64,000 nucleotides of DNA from Chloroflexota bacterium (GTDB taxonomy: Bacteria > Chloroflexota > Dehalococcoidia > UBA2979): positions 32,001 to 96,000 of the forward strand of contig JAQCIU010000005.1 of the NCBI GenBank assembly GCA_027593235.1. Direction: 5' to 3'. The notes below the pieces were generated by a model. The model made no database searches. It had not been told where the DNA came from and saw nothing but the letters and a program-made list of their open reading frames with translations. The first letter of the stretch is position 1; the number at the start of each line of letters is the position of its first letter. Below are positions 59,347 through 64,000 of the stretch, piece by piece. Made by a program: the position numbers and the translations under genes.

Positions 59347-61314
59347 CTAGGAAGCGGAGACCATCTTCACCTCGTAGAGCACGAAGCCGCGATCCTCGCC
59401 GGCCTGGCCGGCGACGTACTCAACGTTCGCCTGCTTCGGCGTCCCGTTCTCTTCGTAGATCGCGCTCACCTTCGAGGCGCCCGCGTCCAGCCCTTCCTGG
59501 ATGAACTCGAACAGGCCCTCGACCGTTCGGTAGTCCGCGAGCTGATCCGGCGGCAAGTCCGGCCCGTCCATGAAGACACCAGAGCGCAGCGCCGCTCCGC
59601 GCACCTGAAGCTCAACCGGTGCCAGCAACGCCGGCGCGCAGGAACAGATCCAGTTGAACTCCATGTCGTAGTCGTCCCCGCCGGCGATCGCCCAGCGTGC
59701 GCGCGCGGCGCGCAGCGATTCCTGTGGATCAGCGAGGTCGTTCGGGGCGGCGACGCTCGATGCCTCGCTCACCGACAGGCTGATCCGGTGGTAGCCGGTC
59801 GCGCCGTCCGGCGCCGGCGCATGCCGTTCCTCGGTTTGGGTTTCGCCATCGCCATCGGTAGCACGGACCTCGACGTCGTACTCACCCGGATGGGCGTCCC
59901 ACAGCAGGACCCATTGGCGCCAGGTGCTCTGCGACAACGCCTCGCCCAGCTCCGCCTGCAGCCACTCCGCCGAAGGCGTGTCCGCGCCTCGAGAGGTAAT
60001 GCGCACCTCGACGCGTTGCACGCTGCGAGTCCCGCCCCACGCCACGCCCGCGATCGGCAGCGGGCCTGCTGCGACGGACTTCCCGCTGCGCGGGGTGTCG
60101 ATGCGCGACTGCGTCTTGATCGGCGCCAGCTTCGCCCAGCCGCGCGGAATCCAGTACGCGTCGTAGCCCTCCAGGGTGTTCAGCTCGATCTCTTTCAGCC
60201 ACTTCGTCGCGGAGACGTAGCCGTAGAGCCCCGGCACTACCAGCCGCGCCGGGAACCCGTGCGCCGCCGGCAGCGGCTCGCCGTTCATCCCGATCGCCAC
60301 CATCGCCGGACGGCCATCGAGCGCGATCTCCGTGGGGAACCCCGTCGTGAAGTTGTCCACCGATCGACCCACGATCTGCGTCGCGCCCGCCTGCACGCCG
60401 GCACGTTCGAGGAGTGACGCCAGTGGCACGCCGCGCCAGATCGCGTTACCAACGAGGTCGTCACCGACCTCGTTCGAGACGCATGCAAGCGTGACCGCTT
60501 CTTCCAGCGTCGCCAGCTCCAGCAACTCGTCGAACGTCAGCTCGAACGGGTGGTCGACCATCCCGGTAACCGAAAGCTTCCAGTCCTTGGTGTCGACGCG
60601 CGGCACCACCAGCGCCGTATCGATCCGATAGAACTGGTCGTTGGGCGTTATCAGCGGAGAGAGGCCATCCACCTCGAACCCGTTCGCGCCCACATCGATA
60701 TTCGTCGGCGGCAGCGTCACCGCTTCGCGCTGCGACTCCACGTCCACAGCCGGACCAAGCACCCCACGCCCGACGAACGCGGCAAGCGCGGCGCCGCCGC
60801 CGGCCGCCCCGGCGAACTGCAGAAAGCGGCGGCGATCGGCGACGCCGCGTCCCGGCATCTGCGGCGCTGCGTCAACGTCGCGACGCGACGGCGCCGCCTC
60901 CAGCAGGATCGAGAGCGCCGCGGCCCCGCTCACCGCTGCTACCACCGCGATCAGGATCGCGATCTCCGAGCCGGTCAACGGATCGCGCGTGCCGGCGAGC
61001 GCGCCGATCGCCCCGAAGATCGCAAACGCGACGAAGCCAGCCATCCGGACGCGCCCCGCCAGCGGGCCCAGTAGCGCGCCGATCGCGAGCGCGGCAACCG
61101 TCACGGTACCCAGCAGGAACGGCTTGTCGTTCGTCCCCAGCAGACCGATCGCCCACTTGATCACCGGCCCCGGCGTGCGATCCACGATCACGTCGCCGAC
61201 CTCGACGATCAGCGAGGCGCCGCCCGTCACGCCGGCCGCCAGTTCCGCCATCGCCAGGGCGACCGCCGCTGCCAGCAGGCCCGCGATCGCGTCCGCGCTC
61301 TTGCTTCGAATCAT
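59347..61314 (-). CDS. Membrane-anchored sulfite-oxidase-family molybdoenzyme with extra C-terminal (DUF6174-like) domain
   Basis: N-terminal TM helices, DRRRFLQ, FYRIDTAL, LACVSN, HGFPARLVVPGLYGYVSATKWL, dimerisation domain, then ARARW...ICSC...TVEGLF. Confidence 0.88.
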   Translation of the reverse strand: MIRSKSADAIAGLLAAAVALAMAELAAGVTGGASLIVEVGDVIVDRTPGPVIKWAIGLLGTNDKPFLLGTVTVAALAIGALLGPLAGRVRMAGFVAFAIFGAIGALAGTRDPLTGSEIAILIAVVAAVSGAAALSILLEAAPSRRDVDAAPQMPGRGVADRRRFLQFAGAAGGGAALAAFVGRGVLGPAVDVESQREAVTLPPTNIDVGANGFEVDGLSPLITPNDQFYRIDTALVVPRVDTKDWKLSVTGMVDHPFELTFDELLELATLEEAVTLACVSNEVGDDLVGNAIWRGVPLASLLERAGVQAGATQIVGRSVDNFTTGFPTEIALDGRPAMVAIGMNGEPLPAAHGFPARLVVPGLYGYVSATKWLKEIELNTLEGYDAYWIPRGWAKLAPIKTQSRIDTPRSGKSVAAGPLPIAGVAWGGTRSVQRVEVRITSRGADTPSAEWLQAELGEALSQSTWRQWVLLWDAHPGEYDVEVRATDGDGETQTEERHAPAPDGATGYHRISLSVSEASSVAAPNDLADPQESLRAARARWAIAGGDDYDMEFNWICSCAPALLAPVELQVRGAALRSGVFMDGPDLPPDQLADYRTVEGLFEFIQEGLDAGASKVSAIYEENGTPKQANVEYVAGQAGEDRGFVLYEVKMVSAS

Positions 61315-61470
61315 CGTCAATCCCCTCGGCCCAGATCCGGGCAGTGCGTTGCCCACCCTTCGATTGAACGCGACGCTCCATGCGGAGGTATTACGAACAT
61401 TGCGACCTACTGACACCGCACCCTGAACTTGCCCTCGGAACAGGAGGGCCTCGCACGTACAATGCGCCCG

Positions 61471-61902
61471 ATGACTACTGACGAATCGACGTTCGACCCG
61501 GAGGCGATGCGCGCCGGTTCAGCCGCGGTGGACCGCCTCCCCCGTGAGCGCGATCAGCTCCTGCCCGCCCTTCAGGCGATGCATGACGTGCTGCACTGGC
61601 TCCCGCGCGAGGCGATCAGCTACGTCGCGAGCCACATCCGCGTCCCCGTCTCCGAGGTCTACGCGACCACGACCGCCTACTCCGAACTCCGCCTAGAACC
61701 ACCCGTCGTCGGGCAGTGGCATGTCTGCACCGGCGTCGCCTGCGACCTCGCCGGTGCGAGCGCGCTCCTCGAGGTGACACCAACCGCCGCGCGGATCGAC
61801 TGCCAGTTCCTCTGTGCGCTCGCCCCGGTCGTCGCCGACGAGCACGAGCACCTCTTCGGCCGCGTGACCGCGGACGACTTCCGCGCGCGGACCAGCGCAT
61901 GA
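61471..61902 (+). CDS. NuoE/FdsG-like [2Fe-2S] subunit
   Basis: LLPALQAMH, CTGVAC...CQFLC. Confidence 0.82.
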   Translation: MTTDESTFDPEAMRAGSAAVDRLPRERDQLLPALQAMHDVLHWLPREAISYVASHIRVPVSEVYATTTAYSELRLEPPVVGQWHVCTGVACDLAGASALLEVTPTAARIDCQFLCALAPVVADEHEHLFGRVTADDFRARTSA

Positions 61903-63377
61903 CCAGCACCGCCCTCGAACCGCTCGCCCGGCTCCGTGAGCGCTACCCGGCGCCGCGCCTGCCGAGGATCCTCGTGCACCTCGGCACCGCCGGCGATGCC
62001 CTCGGCGCCGCGCGCTACGTCGAGGAGTTGCGAACCGCCCTCGGTGATCGCGCAGATGCCGTCTACGAGGCGGCGTCCGATGGCGCGAACTGGGCCGCGC
62101 CCTCCGCCACCGTCTTCCAGGGCACCTACACGCGCCGCTTCGACCGCCTCGACCTCAACGGCATCGACAACGTCGTCGCCTGCTTCAACGGCGACTGCGG
62201 CGACGAGGCCAACTACGCCGGTACCGGTGCGCGCGGACTGACCGCACGCCTCGGACGGAACAACGGCACGCTCGGCGACGTGCTGGCGCAGGGCGCGTAC
62301 GTGGCGCTCGACCGCGCGCTCGGCATCACGCCGGATCAGCTCCTCCACTCAATCGAGGTCGGCGGCTTCACCGGCCGCGGCGGCGCGCACTTTCCGGTCG
62401 CCAGCAAGTGGCGCTTCGCCGCCGCCCACAGCGACGAGCCTCGGATGCTGGTCGTCAACGCCGAGGAAGGCGAGCCCGGGGTCTTCAAAGACCGCCACCT
62501 GCTCGAGGGTGACCCGCACCGGCTGATCGAGGGCATCCTGCTGGCGCATCACGCGGTCGGCTTCGAGCGTGCCTACGTCTACATCAACGGTCAGGCAGGC
62601 CAGGGGCGCGCCTCATTCGAGCGCGCCCTCGATCAGGCGCGGGAGGCCGGCATCCTCGATGGCAGCGCCTGGGGGCGCGAGTTTGGCCTCGATATCCACG
62701 TGCGCTCCGGCGCGGGCGGCTACGTCTGCGGCGAGGAATCGGTGATCCTCAACAGCATCGAGGGCGAGCGCCCGGTGCCGCGCACCAAGCCGCCGTTCGC
62801 CACCGACCGAGGGCTTTTCGACCGCCCGACGGTGATCAACAACGCGGAGACGCTCTGCGCGGTCACGACCGTGTTCGAGAACCCGCCACCACCGACCAAG
62901 CTCGTGTCGCTCTCCGGTGACGTGCCGCGCCCGGGCCTCTACGAGGTCCCGGTCGACGGGGCGACGACCTGGGCCGGACTGCTGGCGATGGCCGGAGCGA
63001 ATCCACAGAACGTGCAGGCGATTCTCCTCGGCGGTCCATCCGGCGTGTTTGTGATGCCTGACCAGTTCGAGGACGCCCTCGTGATGCGCGTGCTCGGCGC
63101 CGGGGGCACGGTCGTGCTCGGTCCCAACGCCGACCTCGCACGCGTCACCCGCGACCTGGCGGCGTACAACATGCGCGAGTCCTGCGGCGAATGCACACCG
63201 TGCCGCGAAGGCACGGCGCGGATGGTGCAACTGCTCGAATCGCCGCGCGAACACCGCGACGAAATCGCCGCGCTGATCGAGGTCATGACCGAAGCCTCGC
63301 TCTGCCAACTCGGCGGCATGGCCGGTCGCCCGGTCCAGTCCGCCCTCGACCAGTTCCCCGCCGCCTTCGAGGACTAA
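61899..63377 (+). CDS. NuoF/FdsB-like FMN, NADH-binding subunit
   Basis: GRGGAHFP, NAEEGEPG, GYVCGEE, SCGECTPCREG...LCQLG; ATGA overlap with the upstream gene. Confidence 0.9.
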   Translation: MTSTALEPLARLRERYPAPRLPRILVHLGTAGDALGAARYVEELRTALGDRADAVYEAASDGANWAAPSATVFQGTYTRRFDRLDLNGIDNVVACFNGDCGDEANYAGTGARGLTARLGRNNGTLGDVLAQGAYVALDRALGITPDQLLHSIEVGGFTGRGGAHFPVASKWRFAAAHSDEPRMLVVNAEEGEPGVFKDRHLLEGDPHRLIEGILLAHHAVGFERAYVYINGQAGQGRASFERALDQAREAGILDGSAWGREFGLDIHVRSGAGGYVCGEESVILNSIEGERPVPRTKPPFATDRGLFDRPTVINNAETLCAVTTVFENPPPPTKLVSLSGDVPRPGLYEVPVDGATTWAGLLAMAGANPQNVQAILLGGPSGVFVMPDQFEDALVMRVLGAGGTVVLGPNADLARVTRDLAAYNMRESCGECTPCREGTARMVQLLESPREHRDEIAALIEVMTEASLCQLGGMAGRPVQSALDQFPAAFED

Positions 63378-63408
63378 CTAAGCTGGACACCCGGACGGGA
63401 GTCAGAGC

Positions 63409-64000
63409 ATGACCACCACCTCTTCCAACGGTGCCGCGCCGATGGCCGTAATCGAAGCCTTCGTCACGGTCACCGTCGACGGCCGTCAGGTCCGTGTGCC
63501 GAAGAGCGGCATGCTCCTCGATGCCGTGAACGCCGCTGGCGCGCCGCTGCCCAACCTCTGCAAGCCCGACGACCGCGGCCCGCTGGGCGCCTGCCGCACC
63601 TGCCTCGTCGAGGTCGAGGGCGCGCCCCGCCTCGCCGCCGCCTGCCACACGCCCGTCGCCGACGGCGCCGTCGTCCTCACTGCCTCGGAACGCGCGACGC
63701 GCGTACGGCGCGGCGTGCTCGACCTCACGATCGGCATGTCCGAGGACGGGCGTGGCCGCGGTCAGGCCGCCGAACAGGCGCGCGCGCACGGTCTCGAGGT
63801 CTCCTCGTTCGCCCCGCGCGTCCGCGAACCGCGCGACGACTCGAACATCTTCTTCACGCTGAACATGCCCGACTGCATCCTCTGCGGCCGCTGCGTCGAT
63901 GCCTGCCAGGACACGCAGCACATCGGCGCGATCGGCATCAACGGGCGCGGCGAGACCGCGCACATCGGCGCCGCCTTCGACTCGCTCTGGGAAGACTCGA
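63409..64000 (+). CDS. NuoG/FdsA-like Fe-S subunit, N-terminal part (runs off the window's right edge)
   Basis: Manual translation: VTVDGRQV...PNLC...GACRTCLVEV...AAAC ([2Fe-2S]) and CILCGRCVDAC ([4Fe-4S]). Confidence 0.85.
   Translation, partial: MTTTSSNGAAPMAVIEAFVTVTVDGRQVRVPKSGMLLDAVNAAGAPLPNLCKPDDRGPLGACRTCLVEVEGAPRLAAACHTPVADGAVVLTASERATRVRRGVLDLTIGMSEDGRGRGQAAEQARAHGLEVSSFAPRVREPRDDSNIFFTLNMPDCILCGRCVDACQDTQHIGAIGINGRGETAHIGAAFDSLWEDS

Overview
High-GC (roughly 70% by eye) bacterial chromosomal segment of about 60 densely packed genes. I found no rRNA, tRNA, CRISPR array, IS or prophage genes. The gene content (paralogous CaiB CoA-transferases and acyl-CoA dehydrogenases, Eis, DUF3090, fused AccDA) is compatible with a high-GC Chloroflexota/Dehalococcoidia-like or actinobacterial genome; this is inference only. 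Housekeeping and metabolic genes include mogA, split metH, metF, pyrC, murB, ilvD, fabL-like, menG/ubiE, accDA, a DEAD-box helicase, a truncated globin and a Mo-enzyme block (MOSC, sulfite-oxidase family, FdsGBA/NuoEFG-like). The standout locus is a translationally coupled nurA-herA-sbcD(mre11)-sbcC(rad50) operon (50769-57795), the full archaeal-type DNA end-resection set, behind an extended -10 and a near-consensus LexA box. Other observations: about 10 genes with a TANNNT + 6-7 nt + start-codon signature of leaderless mRNA; a perfect 18-bp palindrome inside a well-spaced promoter (27323-27340); a gene with an in-frame TAG whose frame continues 60 codons (35320-35880); a duplication echo at the metH split; an ABC ATPase with dead signature/H-loop motifs; a divergent RusA-like gene; and a DEAD-box helicase with a ~440-aa charged disordered N-terminus. 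Start codons were chosen by eye, and all family calls are from motif recognition, not database searches.
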